A stretch of 64,000 nucleotides of DNA from contig JALDTO010000266.1 in assembly GCA_023515725.1 (NCBI GenBank), positions 233,345 to 297,344 of the forward strand, read 5' to 3'. Numbering within the stretch: position 1 is the first letter of the stretch; every line of letters starts with the position of its first letter. Of the stretch, positions 1-13,827 are shown piece after piece. Source of the stretch: Amoeboaphelidium protococcarum X5. Its lineage: Eukaryota > Fungi > Aphelidiomycota. Position numbers and translations under genes: made by a program. The notes beneath the pieces are model-generated. The model ran no database searches. It had not been told where the DNA came from and saw nothing but the letters and a program-made list of their open reading frames with translations.

Positions 1-1365
1 ATTACTACTTATAAAGTCATTTAAGCTGGCGCTAACTATCATCGCTGATTTGAGTTAATTATGGTGGTGGATTAAGTTGAAACAACAGCTAGTGGTGCAA
101 AATCGCTCTAGAATACAGCTCCAATACCGATAATGAACAAGTAAGGGATGCCATTGCCGCCGATTAACACAGGTACACCTCCAACATCATTACAAATGCA
201 ATAACAACCGGTAGCCTCTGATTAAGACTACCGCTAGCAGCAAAAGTGCTTTAACTGTGGGACATCAAATACTCCACTATGGCGAAAGACTGCGGAGGGA
301 GATCACTTATGCAATGGTATGTTTATGAGTTGTCTTAATAGGAAGCGTGAGAAAACGATCATTTAGATTTGTGTAGCATGTGGTTTATACTTGAAGATGC
401 ACGGACATCACAAAAGCACTTAAAAGGAAGTCAAGAGTAGCAGTGGTGTTGGAGACGGTGGATAGCCGTAGTTAAAAGATACGTCAGCTAAAAAGTCTAT
501 TGGCGGAAGATCGAGATGCAACTCAATGAGTTAAGCTGCAAAAACTGCGGTACCAAATCGCGCTCGAGGTAAACGATCAAACTCCATTGCCTCTGTAACT
601 GCTGCAGCATCTATTCTGTCTACTTTGAATGAGTCTATGCCCAATTTACCGCGTACTCCTCCTCAGTCTAGCTAGAAGAATTCATCCACTCAATCTAGTG
701 GTCCTATCCGATCCCGCCAGAGTAGAAAGAACTCTTTGATTAATGCAACTTTGCCGCCGATTGTTGATCAATCGTCCCATGCATTGTCATCGTCTTTAAA
801 CAATCAAGCCTTAATCCGTAATAACTAAAAGTTGGTGAACAAGTCAACTTTAGTCACGTTTAAGGGCAATATTTATAAAGCTGGTGATGGGATTGTAACA
901 GTGGTTGACTATCAGAGTAGGAAAGAGTTGTATGGTGTTATCAGAGCGTTCATACAAGATCAAGGAATTGATTTCTTTTATGCCACTTGGATAAGAGCTG
1001 GTGTCAATGGTAATGTATTACACTTGAACGATAAAGGGGAAGAATGTCTCTGCGTTGGAGAGTAAGTTCTTGGCCACGAGGATACTATTCCACTACCTCT
1101 CGCGTCAATAAACAGAAAGGTTAATGTTGTATATTCTCCTCCGACTCCTGATTCCAACATTAATTATTTACTCTATGCGGCCAGACAGGTGTAGTCTGAT
1201 TAAGTAGTAAACCAAATGCAAACTGAGACGCAACAACGGTCGGAACACTCAACTACAAATACAAAGTCGTCGGCCAACAAGGAGAACGTCATTGAGGTGA
1301 CTTAATAATCGCCGAAAAAGTCATCGACCGAATTAATGGCAGCACTTGGTCTGCTTGAATTGTGA
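1..1365 (+). CDS. GATA zinc-finger protein with GATAD1-like C-terminal domain (5'-partial; intron 317..376)
   Basis: CFNCGTSNTPLWRK..HLCN|ACGLY zinc finger split by a 60-nt GT-AG intron. The C-terminal FKGNIYKAGD.IVTVVD..LYGVIRAFIQDQ..ATWI resembles GATAD1. TGA at 1363-1365. Confidence 0.8.
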
Positions 1366-1528
1366 ACTATTTTTTAACAAGTTTAAATATTTGTGCCATT
1401 ATAATTCATGGTAGAATGTTGTTCTTCTATTAATCGCGCTTTAATCGCCTGCAATTGATTTTCCATATCGAAATCTTGATCTTTCTACTTCAATGAAAGT
1501 GATCGTCGATCTAAAATTACTCAACAGA

Positions 1529-2143
1529 ATGAAAACGGTTTGTGTCTATTGTGGTTCTTCTAAAGGTAAGAATGCTGTTTACGCTAGTTAAGCACAAGCT
1601 CTGGCTTAGGAATTTATCAAGCGGGGTATCAAGTTGATTTATGGTGGCGGTAATCTTGGACTAATGGCTGAGGTGGCGCGAAGTATCACCGACAATGGCG
1701 GGAAAGTTGTCGGTATTATACCGAAAGCTTTACACGCTGTCAGTGGAGATGGATATGGCGAGACTGTTGTGGTTGATACTATGCATGAGCGAAAATCTCT
1801 AATGTCTGATATGTCTGACGCGTTTATATCTCTCCCTGGCGGATTCGGCACTCTGGAAGAACTCATAGAGACCACGACATGGAGTCAGCTGAGAATACAT
1901 AATAAACCTGTTGGAATCTTGAATGTGAATGGGTATTACGATCACTTGATCAAATGGATGGACCACGCTGTAACGGAAGGCTTTATTGACGAGTAGAGCA
2001 GGTAACTAGTGGTGGTCGCTGACTCTCCTGCTGCATTGCTTGACGCGATGGAGCGGTTCAAAGACCCAATTGATGAAAGCAAGTGGATTCTTAAAAAGGA
2101 CTCCTGGTCTACGAAAGCTCGATTAAGTTCAAAAGAAATATGA
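1529..2143 (+). CDS. LOG: LOG-family nucleotide monophosphate phosphoribohydrolase
   Basis: VCVYCGSS, LIYGGGNLGLM, MHERK and PGGFGTLEE motifs. Open in code 6 to TGA 2141. Alternative in-frame ATG at 1493. Confidence 0.9.
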
Positions 2144-2174
2144 TAATGATTGCTTGCTTAATTAAATACCATAA

Positions 2175-4907
2175 TCATTATTAGTCTTTAATATGCTAAG
2201 TTCCATCTTGCTTAATACACAAGTACAGAAATACAGACACTCCACCGCGTATGATAAAGTCGACGGCGGCCAACATGAATCGCGGAGCAAATACTTTCCA
2301 TACCATCAAATGTCTTCTAAATTAGGCAGTGAATATACAACTCATAGTAGTATCTACGAGTAAAATAAGGAGAAATGTCTTCCACTTGGACTGGACAGCA
2401 TTATTCTAATTGCGATAAAAACTTACAACCAAAGCAGCCGTGCACAGTAACCAGCCGCCAATACTGTTGAGAATCACTAATCCACCAGAGAGATAGAAAT
2501 TGAAAGCCTCAAGTCCAATAAAACCACTCTCAAACTATATTGAAGAGAAAGCAGCCTAGTGACCAGTAGCAAAGAATGCAACATTGCCCAGCAAGTAGAA
2601 TACCGCAACTTGCCACTCAGAATTAGCATAATCTGATTCTTAATCGTGGGCAGTAGAGACGAGAAGTTGACAGGCAATAGTCACCAAAGATAATACGTTA
2701 ACGCCGGGAAGAGATTATGCACAAGAGGCAATACAATGCATAATTGGAATTAAATCGCAGACATTAGTCATAGACTCAAACTATAATGACACGAGAAACC
2801 ACAGGAACCATGCACCAGACAAAAACATGCAGATACACATCAAAATATGATGAATAAGGATACCTTAACACCGAACGTCCATAAACCAGGCATTTCCATC
2901 AACTGACCAATAGAACGCAATGAAAGTCAGAATAAAGGCATATTTACATAGGCTTATAAAAGATATCTTGCCGAATGAACGAGATAGGTAGATACAGATG
3001 GATGACAGCAAGATTACGATTCCCAGCTAAATGGAATGCTGGTAATCAGAAAGATACTATGGAGATAGCAAAGGCAAATCCTTGACCAGTGATAAAGGAT
3101 GAGCTTTAAAGGTATTCAGGCACTGGCGGCCTTTCTCCTCGCGGCAACTACTCAGCTCAGACAGATATCTGATGATGAGCATGGCGCTAATTATTTTCCA
3201 TTTTGGTTTGACACCTCGTACTAAACAGAGTACGAGTACAGATTACAAGAGATAGACACAAACATGATCTTCATGAACTACGAGACTGTTCGAAGTGTAG
3301 ATAAAACAATGAATCAAAGCTAGTAATACAGGCAAAGTGTTAATACTGAGAGAATATATATATGATCTATTCCAAATAACTACGCTACTACGTTACCGAA
3401 GCAGTATAGACACCAGTAAACTGACTAGTGAGGAAATAAGTATTAAATCAGAGCGAGATGCATCTAGTACCTGTAAGTTATACATGGATACACCAAGAAC
3501 TGTACCAAAAGTCACAACCAATAAAATACCATTTAAATGTGCTTACAATTCTGAACCAGATAACGCAGAAAATACCAAAATTATTAGTAACAGACCAAAT
3601 TAAGCCAATAACATTAAATCTAAATTAAAACGCGCCCAAATGTGTCGCAACTTCTCCAAAATAGACTTGCCTGCCTACAAGAGCTGAGGGAAATCTTTGA
3701 TACTCTCACCAAACTATTAGCCATCAAAATCGAGACGTGAATGAATAGAGTAAGTATCAAGATACTTTAGGATTTATTTATAGTTCCGCTTAGCCAAACT
3801 ATTTAATTACTCCTTCTAATCATCAGCTTTAAAAGTCATTAACGATTTGATCAAATCAACGTTGAAAAATCCCAAATTACTGAATGGTATAGGTACTCCG
3901 AGAAGAGCACAGAGAGTAGGTACCAGATCAATCTGAGATATTTCATCATAGCTCAGAGACACGCCAGAGGTGGACGACACTTGGCCTTACTAAAATACTG
4001 GCAAAGCACTGTACACAAAAAGACCAGCATCAACTTCAGCCAGAGAGTCGCCACCATGATCTCCCTGAGAGTTCATCCCATGATCACCAAAGACGAGTAG
4101 GAGGACATTTTCTTGATTAGAAAGTGAGTCAAGCTTGTCAATCTTTGAAATCACTTTATCAACAGCTTAATTTAAATCAATTTACTTTCGCTTCATTTCA
4201 GAATGATCTGGACCATAAATGTGACCAGCGTGATCAATGCCCAACCAATGGGTAATCATAACATCCCATTAATCTAGATTTTCTTATTCAAAGTACTTCC
4301 ATATACGCCGATCAATAGATCTATCAACAGTATCCAGATCCCAGACTTCAAAGCTTTCATATCCTTCAGATCCATCAACAAAGTGATCATATCCAAGAGT
4401 CTAAATCCAGGTATCATCTCCAAAAAATAAAATCTTGTGCTTCTTTGCAGCCTAGCGAACCCAGTTATCCTCCTAGAGCTTATCACTGTTAAAATTAGAC
4501 GCAGCATCAATAAAAGTTGGCAACGAGCCAGTCAATAAAGCCTATAGTCGCTGCAAAGTCGTCGTGGGCGGATCTGCAGTAAAATGGAGCAATCTAGCAT
4601 TCAATGGTGCTTTCTTGACTCTATCGCTCATCGCTGGCATATTCAGATGGAAATTTTTATTAATTTGCCCATCATTATATGATACCAGCTAAGGCTCGGG
4701 ACATATAAAGTCAAATCTGAGAGCATCAATCAGCATAATGACAATCTTGTTGTGCTTTGCAGAAATTCCGCTCAAAGTGTTACTCTCATCTTCTTGAGAT
4801 ATGTCAGGTAAGGCCAGCCGTGCAAGAAGGAATCCTTTTTAAAAATAGTAGATGAATACCAAAGATGCTACCCATAAGATTACTACTTGGCTAAAGTTAA
4901 TTTTCAT
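2175..4907 (-). CDS. GPI13: GPI ethanolamine-phosphate transferase (PIG-O/Gpi13)
   Basis: GFLLAR, IDALRFDF, ADPPTTTLQRL, WLGIDHAGHIYGP, DHGM..GDHGGDS and C-terminal RRHLMVWKVFAPRFM. 910-aa frame in code 6. Confidence 0.9.
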
Positions 4908-5076
4908 CCCAGATGCATTCGATTTATGGCTGTTATCAAGAGTAATTGAAAATCGTTCAACTTGGACGAAACAAAAGGCGATCATCACTTTCCCAAGTTT
5001 TAGTTTACCCTCAGAGAGTGTTTATCAACAACTCACTTTCTCTTTTTTTCGCTGACGGATTGATAATATAATAAAA

Positions 5077-5331
5077 ATGTCAGACAAAAATATCACAAGG
5101 AAAGACGATTGCTGGTAGTGCAGGCTCACGGGTACCGCAGCGTTTGCTGGAGTATCTATATACGCATCTTACGTGCAGAGGAGTGAGGCTCTGAAGACTC
5201 ACCACTACACTGATATAGATGCGCAATCGCGTTTCAGACGAGCGACTTTTGGATTTCGCCATGGCCCGAAATGGCTCACTGGCGTTTCAGCGACTTTTGC
5301 CGGTCTTGCGTTGATGCGATTATTGGCTTGA
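5077..5331 (+). CDS. Small membrane protein, DUF4536/DMAC1-like (84 aa)
   Basis: DCWQCRLTGTAAFAGVSIY N-terminal motif plus a C-terminal hydrophobic helix. Needs TAG=Gln. Confidence 0.65.
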
Positions 5332-5456
5332 AATTGATCATAATGGAGAAAGTGAATTGACATATCTTATAGATTGTATTTATTATCATAACTGGCTGCA
5401 ATACTCTCTTATTTTTTTCTTTTTATTTAGCCAGTCTAGCTCAATCTTGATGTCCA

Positions 5457-6860
5457 TCACGTAGAAGATCCTCCAGGCGCGGTAGCAGATATAGGTGAAT
5501 TGGGTAGACTGGATAGTCTCTGCTCAATCTTAAACACGTCAGGAACGCCGAGTTCAGTGACCACAATGCTATTTCGTGTTGGCGTCGTGTTTTCTGTCTC
5601 TTTGTCTTTAATATGTTCTTATGAAGAATTCGCATTCAGTGGCGTGACTGGTTATGCCACGCATCTATAATAAGAACATTCTCCACCCCATTTATTCATG
5701 CACAGCCAACAAAACTTGAAGCCGCACATTGTGCAATCAACCTTGTTACAGCCTTCATCGCGTTCAATCAATGTATGACATCGAGGACATGGCTTACTAT
5801 TGAAGTACTTCCACTATATAATCTTTTGATATTCAGAGTCCTTCAATTCGGTGTTGCGTGAGATTTAATACATCCAATCTAAGCAATTGACTGGTGACTC
5901 TGGATTTGCCATAAGCTCAATTCCATGGCTTATATCACAACATTTGAAGCAGAACGCCACTGGCCTCATATGATTATTGCACTCTACCACTGGAAATAGT
6001 TTCAAATACTCAAACTATAGTAACCGATACTGAGCAGGTACGTCACACAGAGTAATAACATTGGCGCATATAATGTTCAAGTTCTACAGCTATTGCTACT
6101 TAAAACCATAATTACCGTTTGGTGAATCTGGTGTTGGAAGTAATCCTTCAAGTCGCAACTTCTTCGCTTTTGATCGCGTCACAGGCGAATCCATTATCAT
6201 CATTTCGACATCTTGCAGCGATTTCTTCTAATGCAGCATGAATTCATCTACTATGAAGCGATATATCTATGTCATTGATACTTTGGATGGCAGGGGACCC
6301 TCTTCATCTTATGAAAGCAAATCTACTCGTGTATGCCTTTCGATAAGACAAATCAACTACTCACCGATGGAGTCGCGTGCAGGCTCAGATGCATTATCAT
6401 TGCCAATAAGTTCCAAAAACTACTCTGCTACCGATAACAGCTATTAGTGTATGGTATCAATATCATTATCACCACTATTGCTTCTCTTAACCAAGTCTAC
6501 CTAATCACCGCATTCTGGGCAGAATCTGTGAAGAGCCTTAAACTGGGCGTCTAAGCCACAACGCGTTTCAAACAAATCAACAGTGGCTTGGTCAACCCAC
6601 AGTCGCCATTCAGGCAGAGTAAGAGCATCCATACAGACTGGGCATTTTATAAATGAGAATATAGCTTGATTTTAATCCATATCAGAGTCATTGTCAGTAT
6701 CGGCACCAAATACATAAGACCAACCCATTGAATTCAGTATCGTCTTCACATATTGCTGAAAGCATTACTTACAAAACTGATCACGGCACCTCGGCAGGCA
6801 GAAATCATAACGATTATCAAAGCAAATGGAGCACTTTTCTTAAAAGTACTGCAGGTTCAT
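5457..6860 (-). CDS. RBR (RING-IBR-RING) E3 ubiquitin ligase
   Basis: N-terminal CSICFD..CRDQFCKQC RING1, IBR, and RING2 CPRCHTLIERDEGCNKVDCTMCGFKFCWLC. 467-aa frame. Confidence 0.85.
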
Positions 6861-7205
6861 TAAATTTAATCTCTAATCCTAGTATTAAAATTGATTGATT
6901 AATTATGCTGTAAACCGTATATAGTAATTGAGAGTAAAAAGACAGAGGATGCACCGGTTGTAACAACAACAATGCGAGGTCACGAGTAAATTGTGATCAC
7001 TTGACACGTAACAACAAATCAAGAATTGGCATATCAGTCATCTGACGGAGAATTTAATAAATTATAGTTTAAAGCTTAAAAATGAGTAGGAAAATGATCA
7101 AGAATAAAATGCTCAATATTTCATTTAATTGTTAAATTTCTTATGTCTTTTTATAATCTCAACGTGAAATATCATAAGAAGTAGCTTTTCTTTTCACGCT
7201 GTATT

Positions 7206-8166
7206 ATGGTGAGTGAGGACAGTAAAAAACTGATGACGTCGATAAAACAACGATAACATAGCACATCAAATCACCTTACAGCTGGTGCAATAAGCGGTAC
7301 GAATTTTATAATGCATATCTAATTTCTTATTTTACTAAAGCTAATTTGTAGGTATGATCAATTGCATCGCACTATAGCCTCTAGATTTGGTCAAGACGAG
7401 AATGCAGAGTGGAGAAGTTGCAGGCAAACGATCCATAATGAACATCACACGGTCTATCGTGAAAAGTGGTTCTGTACTCAGTTTGTGGAAGGGTACAGTG
7501 CCCACAATACTACGTAACACTCCAGGATCTTCTCTATATTTTGGCACTCTTAGCGCTACTAAGCGGTTACTTGACCCAATTGTTGGTGCATCTAATCAAG
7601 CAATGATAAATCTACTGGCAGGATCTTTTGCACGCGTCTCAGTTGGATTTCTGCTTATGCCTTTCACAGTTATTAAATCTCGGTATGAATCGAGCATGTA
7701 CAATTATAAAAGCCTTGGTGACGCTTTTAGTAGCATATGGCGAACTGATGGAATTCGCGGGTTCTTTTATGGTTTTGGAAGCACCGCTCTTCGGGATGCA
7801 CCTTACTCAGGCATATACGTTTTGATATATGAACACTTGAAGAAGCCACTGTCAGCTTTAGAAATGTTTCAACTGAATGGCGAATCTCGCAATGCCTTTA
7901 TCAATATGACTGCGGCGGTGAATGCTGGGATTCTCGCAACTGCTGCCACGTAGCCATTCGATGTACTGCGTGTCAGAATTTAATTGTCGCCGAACAAGTA
8001 CAAGAACATGTTTGCCGCCGCCAAATCGCTTCTCTTAAATGAAGGTTACCGGGTGTTCTTCTCAGGCGTCACCCCGCGACTTATTCGTAAAACTCTTAGT
8101 GCTGCCATAACTTGGACCATGTATGAAGAGCTTCTCGTGCATTTCTCATCTCAATAGAAACTTTGA
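7206..8166 (+). CDS. Mitochondrial carrier, SLC25A38/Hem25 (glycine carrier)-like; intron 7297..7351
   Basis: Three Px[D/E]xx[K/R] repeats (QPLDLVKTR, MPFTVIKSRYES, QPFDVLRVR) and RDAPYSGIY. Confidence 0.85.
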
Positions 8167-8232
8167 TTTTTTATTTACTCTTTGTGGTGATGTTTTTCGC
8201 CTCTTGATCTTCTTGCAGTGTTGTGTCTCAAG

Positions 8233-8706
8233 ATGACACGTTCTGTGATGGAAGAGACTCTCTTGAGTGAAGTGAAGCGTTCAAAAAGCATAACACGACC
8301 TTTATTATATGGGTAAAACAATCTTTGAAATAATTCAGTCTTAAACTAAATTGAGTTGTAGTCTCTATGTTTTGTACGGTGATTTGGTCGGAGATGCCTT
8401 GATCATGTTGGACAATCCTAATTCAGTGACGAGGTTGATGTATGCTGTTACAGACTTGTTCCAAGTATGAATATACCATCATTGTCTTCAGTTTTGCACA
8501 ACTAGTTAATAAAATATTTATTATTGTAGATTGGAGACCAAACATGTCTCTATAATCGATATTCAAGGTTCTGTGGGTGTGAGACGTTTTAATCACGCGA
8601 CAACTGTGCGCATTTGATCGCGGCTGACTTGGCTTCTGCACTTGGGCTGGTTGTTGAATCCAAGATTGATGGACCATCGTTTGTAAATAAAATCTGTCTC
8701 ATGTGA
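8233..8706 (+). CDS. SWIM zinc-finger protein, ZSWIM7/SWS1-like (two GT-AG introns)
   Basis: Spliced product contains FCGCETFQSRDNCAHLIAADLA (CxC..CxH) and has the size of ZSWIM7. Confidence 0.7.
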
Positions 8707-8757
8707 ATAATTGAAAAAAAATATCTATTAAATCTACATTTCATATTATCTACGAAA

Positions 8758-11004
8758 TCACCATCGAAGCTCTTAATCAGTAAGTTCAACTTGGATCAAC
8801 TTCCTCTCCCCTGAGGCAAATTAATCATCATACTTTTTGGCACATTCTTCATCGCAAAACAGCTCTAATTTAGAACAATTTCGCTGCATATGGTATTGAC
8901 GTATGCAGTTCTTGTAAAATACTGGACGATGACAGCGGACGCAATATTTAATATCTGGAAACAAGGAGAGTATATGCTGAGGTACGTGCTATCTTACAAC
9001 ATCTTCCAGACAATCCAGCGATGGCTACCTCCTTCTACGACGCCTATCATTGCTTGAGGTACTACTACTACCAGAGCTTCCCGCAGACATTAAATTAGTG
9101 AATGCAGACAGTATAGGTGAGATCCTTCGAGCAATCACCGGCCATGGTCCGTTAGAGTTAGATCGCATTGCTGTAATAACTACACGCTCTTAGGAATCGT
9201 AGATGCTTTACAAACCAGCGCAATAAGACTTCTCCAGCAGAGACATGCAACATGACTATGACGGTTTAATGTACACAACATGATCCTTAACGGTCTCGGT
9301 AAATCTAGCAAAGATTGTCATCAGGACAAAGTACAGCTCTTCATAGCTCTTTACTTTCTATGCGGCTTCATACAAATGCACTGCAACTCCGCGTCGCACC
9401 AGCACTTCTTTATAAGCAGGTAATTCTGACAGATTCATAAGAGCTACACTTGCAAACATTTGAAGCAATAAACCATTTGGTAGGCCTTTATCATGCTTTG
9501 GACTTCCAGTGCTCGTCTATGACGCGTCTTCATTTAAATCAGTAGTGTACATGGAGGTGGTGGCATTGCTATCTTCAGATCCAGTAGATTATCTGTCTAC
9601 ATGAAAAGTGGTAACCACCTTTTTTACTCCACCTGACTGACACGGCTTGACTGAAGAATACACGGTACGCATAGCCATAATGACTTACTCATGTCCATTT
9701 AGACTCATAAACTCCTCTCGCAATTCGTTGGTACTTGCCACACTACCAAGAGCAAAACAAGCAGTGGTCTAAAGACTCTTGTGGGATTAGAAGCGCTTCA
9801 TGGCATTCAGGATTAATTAAAATCCTTACAAGCGGCTGAAATGATCAGCGTCCAGACTCTCATTGTAGGACATATGCGCCAAAGTAAAGCAGGCAGTCAT
9901 TTGATATTAAAAGTTGTCATGCAAATCAGTCATTGTCTATAATATCATATCAGTAATCTGTAGACCATATCCTAACAGATCATACCTGGCAAAAGCAAAA
10001 CTACCCAGCGCATTGCAGAGAGCAATATGTGCATCGCTACTCGATAAAGGATGATGAGATACTTGATTGAGGCATTGCATCAACTTTTAAATATCAATGT
10101 AACCTTTTGCCTATTTGGCAACATTTGACAATACATGCAAGGCCTGACAAACCAGCTCAGGACAACCAATATTCTCCTTGATTATTTCAATCAACATTGC
10201 GCATGCCTCCAGTTCCACGATATGCTTAGCACTGTCTTCAAACAAGGCCAGATTAGATAAAGCAGCGCAAATCTCTGTAAGTACTTGCTAATCTTTACTA
10301 AAAAGCTTGATGTTTCTAATTATGGAATCCATCACGCGTAGATCCACCAGTTTCCTTCGATTCTCAGTAATAGAAGCCATATTCGCGATAATTGCAGTAC
10401 AATTAACCTGCTCCTAGCCCATAAGATGTGAATCTTGACATGATGATAGTAGCTGAGCCAGAGACAATGATAAATCACAGGACGGCTGGCACATCAATCT
10501 TGCTATGCTGTCGTTACGTGACAAGATACGCAACACTTTCAGTTCGGTAACTTTCAAGCGAGACTGTGCCATCAGCGATTTAAACAATTTCAACAGCTAG
10601 AACACTGCATCCTTCTATAGATCGAACACGTACTCAAACTCCAAGAACTGAGATACTTTAAAGTAAAACTCAATGAACTGATTCATATAATCGCTCAGTA
10701 GAGCCATCTGTTACCGATCCAGCTGACAGTTCCCACGCTCTGAAACAATCACAGCTCGCACCACATCGATCGCCTGTTCCGATTTAAGGACATTACAGCA
10801 GCCACTAACATGCAGAGCTACTAAAGCGTCCGATACGAATCGCTGCTATGATGGCAGACCATCGAATCCGTACATCAAACCATCTATTTGCATCGCATCA
10901 CCAGTGTCCTTATCGCCGATGGAAGCGGAATTGACAATAAACTACTTCAGATCCACCTGACATTAACTAGGCAGCCTTATTTGCAATTACTACGTATCTC
11001 TCAT
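8758..11004 (-). CDS. Armadillo-repeat protein with C-terminal Cys-rich segment (5' end uncertain)
   Basis: 748-aa code-6 frame with ARM-like helices (ICAALSNLAL, ALCNALGSFA). C-terminal YCVRCHRP..FCDEEC. Confidence 0.6.
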
Positions 11005-11392
11005 TTCAGCTAATTATTAGTGTCTGTCTCAGTAAGTATCTAGCCTGAAGCAATGTGGAATCTTCTTAAATCTAATCAAATCAAAACTAAAGATCGATTA
11101 GGCTTGGAATTTGATCAAGTTCGGAATTTAGTGTGTGCAAACATTCCACTATCGGCTGGACATTGAGCCGATTCATGTGATATCCAGGTAACCATCCGTC
11201 AGTCGCCGCAACCATCCAAACAAACACTTAATCGCGCGTGTGAACATAGTCAGATCACACACACAGTATACAAAACGCATACAGTGATATCAAGTGCAAT
11301 ATTAACTTCTTTACCTCTGAATTGATTGTTCGCAACGCTTTCTTCAAATAGTCGATCACTCTCAAGTTCTTGAACGCGATTTCCTTTTCTTA

Positions 11393-11939
11393 ATGGTAAT
11401 TGACTCAGTAAAGACATCATTTCACTTTTGTAACTTTGAAGAACTAAATACTGAGAATATGTGGAGGTAAATACTAGACTCGATTCAATTATATTTGCAG
11501 TTAGATCCTGTGTCTAATATAACCGGCGTCAATCCTAATAGTAAGTTGAATTATACCCCTCTTGTAATAGACGAGAGCATAATGTAATATTGTTTATGTA
11601 GATCTGAAATTGTACAGCGGCGAGAATATAACATGCAATAATGGACAACTAGTTATACCTATTAGTGCGGTGAATGACAACTATTGCGATTGTCCACTTG
11701 ATGGCCTAGATGAACCAGGCACCTCAGCATGTAGCAATGGAAAGTTTTACTGCAGAAATCGCGGATATGTCTCACATTACATTCCCTCTTTCCTGGTTGG
11801 TGACGGCGTTTGTGACTGTTGCGACGGCAGCGATGAGTAGAAAGGTGTATGTGCTAATTAATGTTCTTAGATTGACATTTCGATATTGAAAAAGAAGGCT
11901 GGTCTCTTAGTAAATCAGGAAAGTAAGGATGAACTTTGA
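11393..11939 (+). CDS. Short glucosidase II beta/PRKCSH N-terminal-domain protein ending in KDEL (intron ~11541..11601; start uncertain)
   Basis: VNDNYCDCPLDGLDEPGTSAC.NGKFYC.N.G..IPSFLVGDGVCDCCDGSDE, then ESKDEL-TGA. Confidence 0.75.
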
Positions 11940-13827
11940 TCAATGTGTATTGTTATTACTATAGTGTACTGTAAGACGCAACTGGCATTACTTGTTCACA
12001 ATTGCGTTCTCTATGCAGAAAATTAAACATTTTATTATTTACCAAGAGGTCCGGGCTACAGCATCTACAGAATTTCTAAGTCACATTATCTAATCTTATA
12101 GTGCACGCTTTTTATATGTTTATATTCAATAATCATGTATTCTTGGGCCTTGATGCATTTGAACGTGAACAACAGGATCTATGACTTTGCTTCTTTCTAG
12201 CTACACTCATCTGCCGTAAGTCTTTGATCCTGTACCACAATCTCACACGTACATATATTCAGTCTGATGATTCCGCTCTGGTCAAAGCTAAGCTATATCG
12301 AACTGTCTACTCGACAAAATGTATGGCCAGCTTGGTACATGTGAGTAGACTATAGGCTTCATTATTGTTTTGTTGATGTTTTTAATAGAAAGATCTTCTC
12401 TGCACGTCTGCTGATTCTCTTGGTCATTGTCCTTAGATTGTAAAGCTATCTATCATCTATCTACCTACAGTGCAAGCGCTGAAATAACTGTCGTTGGTGT
12501 TTAGGGCAAATTTGGCTCTGCTCTGGTATTTGCATCTGTATCTTTGGACCATGTTGTCTCCTTGCTGTTTAGTTATGCGTATAGTTTGACGTGTTGGGGA
12601 CTGCAAGTCGGCTCAGTATGATACAGTGAACTCTTCCTCCAGTCTTTGTAAAATCTTCTGAACTGCAGTTGAAGCTGAAGGTAATGGTACAGTATACTGC
12701 AGAGTTGTATCATGATATCCCACTTCCTTGTGGGTACTAATGCGCATCATCAGAGATATCTGTCGCCATTGTGATTCAATCTGAGAAGAGTGCTTATATT
12801 GTAAATCTTCGCCGAAGCATTGTTCGATCAAATCTTTGAACGCTCTGCTCAATTGCTGTTATTTCATGAATGCTAGTAGCTGATCTATTTAATAAGTTGA
12901 TTATACAGTAGCATGCACTTTACACGGCTATGCGTGTGAATCTCTTGCCGCGTAACTCAATGGCTCTTATTGTAATCTACAGTTGACGTTTTGTTCTATG
13001 CACTCCATACAGGTGAGAATGAATGGTAATCAGTCTGGCTAGTTTAAGTCTCGATTGCCTTATTGTTTAATCTGCGATACTTTGTTGCATTTCAAGGTAT
13101 ATTTAAAATAGATTGATGCTTGTAAAAAGTTTTGGGCTATTTGGCAATATTGCTATTGTCGTCAGACGTCTTAACACCCAAGTCCGCGTTTGTCTAGCGG
13201 TAAGACAATCGCCCTCATTGTCGTCGGTTTGTCTGCGCGATATCTGGATAAATAATTAAGTGCAAAACTGCTGGTTAGTATTTCTGAATTCAGCATAAAA
13301 AACTGCATAAACCATATGAGTTTTGTCGTGTCATAATGTTTAAGTATCAAAATCTGAAACTTGTGTATTGGGTTTGAATAATTGTGACAAAAACCATATA
13401 TATGAGTCGGTGAAATTTTCAAAATGATTCCATCTGTATTATTTTGTTCCTACATTTTAAGGTATGCTTAAAAATACTGGCGCATGGATTTTTAGACTGT
13501 TCGGAGTACTGGATATGATACAAGTGGACTTAATGTTCTTAATCGCAGGCTTAGGGTCTCGAAAGCCGATATTGCAACATTGTATCACGGAAGTTTTTGT
13601 CGCCTAATGTTTTAAGTGTAACAAATCACAATATTAATTGTGTGAGATTGTAAGTATGTAGCTACTTAATAAGTGCCATAATGAGAAGATGCCGCTATGG
13701 CTTCAATGTTTGCCTGTTAGTTTAGTGTGTCGACGCGTTGCTGAAAAGTTAAAAGTCAAACTATCCTACGTAACGACATTCTGTATTATATATTACACAT
13801 ATGATCCAATATTATAACCTTGAAAAA

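Noticed and set aside
12000-13330. Minus-strand coding region(s)
   Set aside because: Open code-6 stretches exist, but I could not build a consistent gene model or recognise a family.
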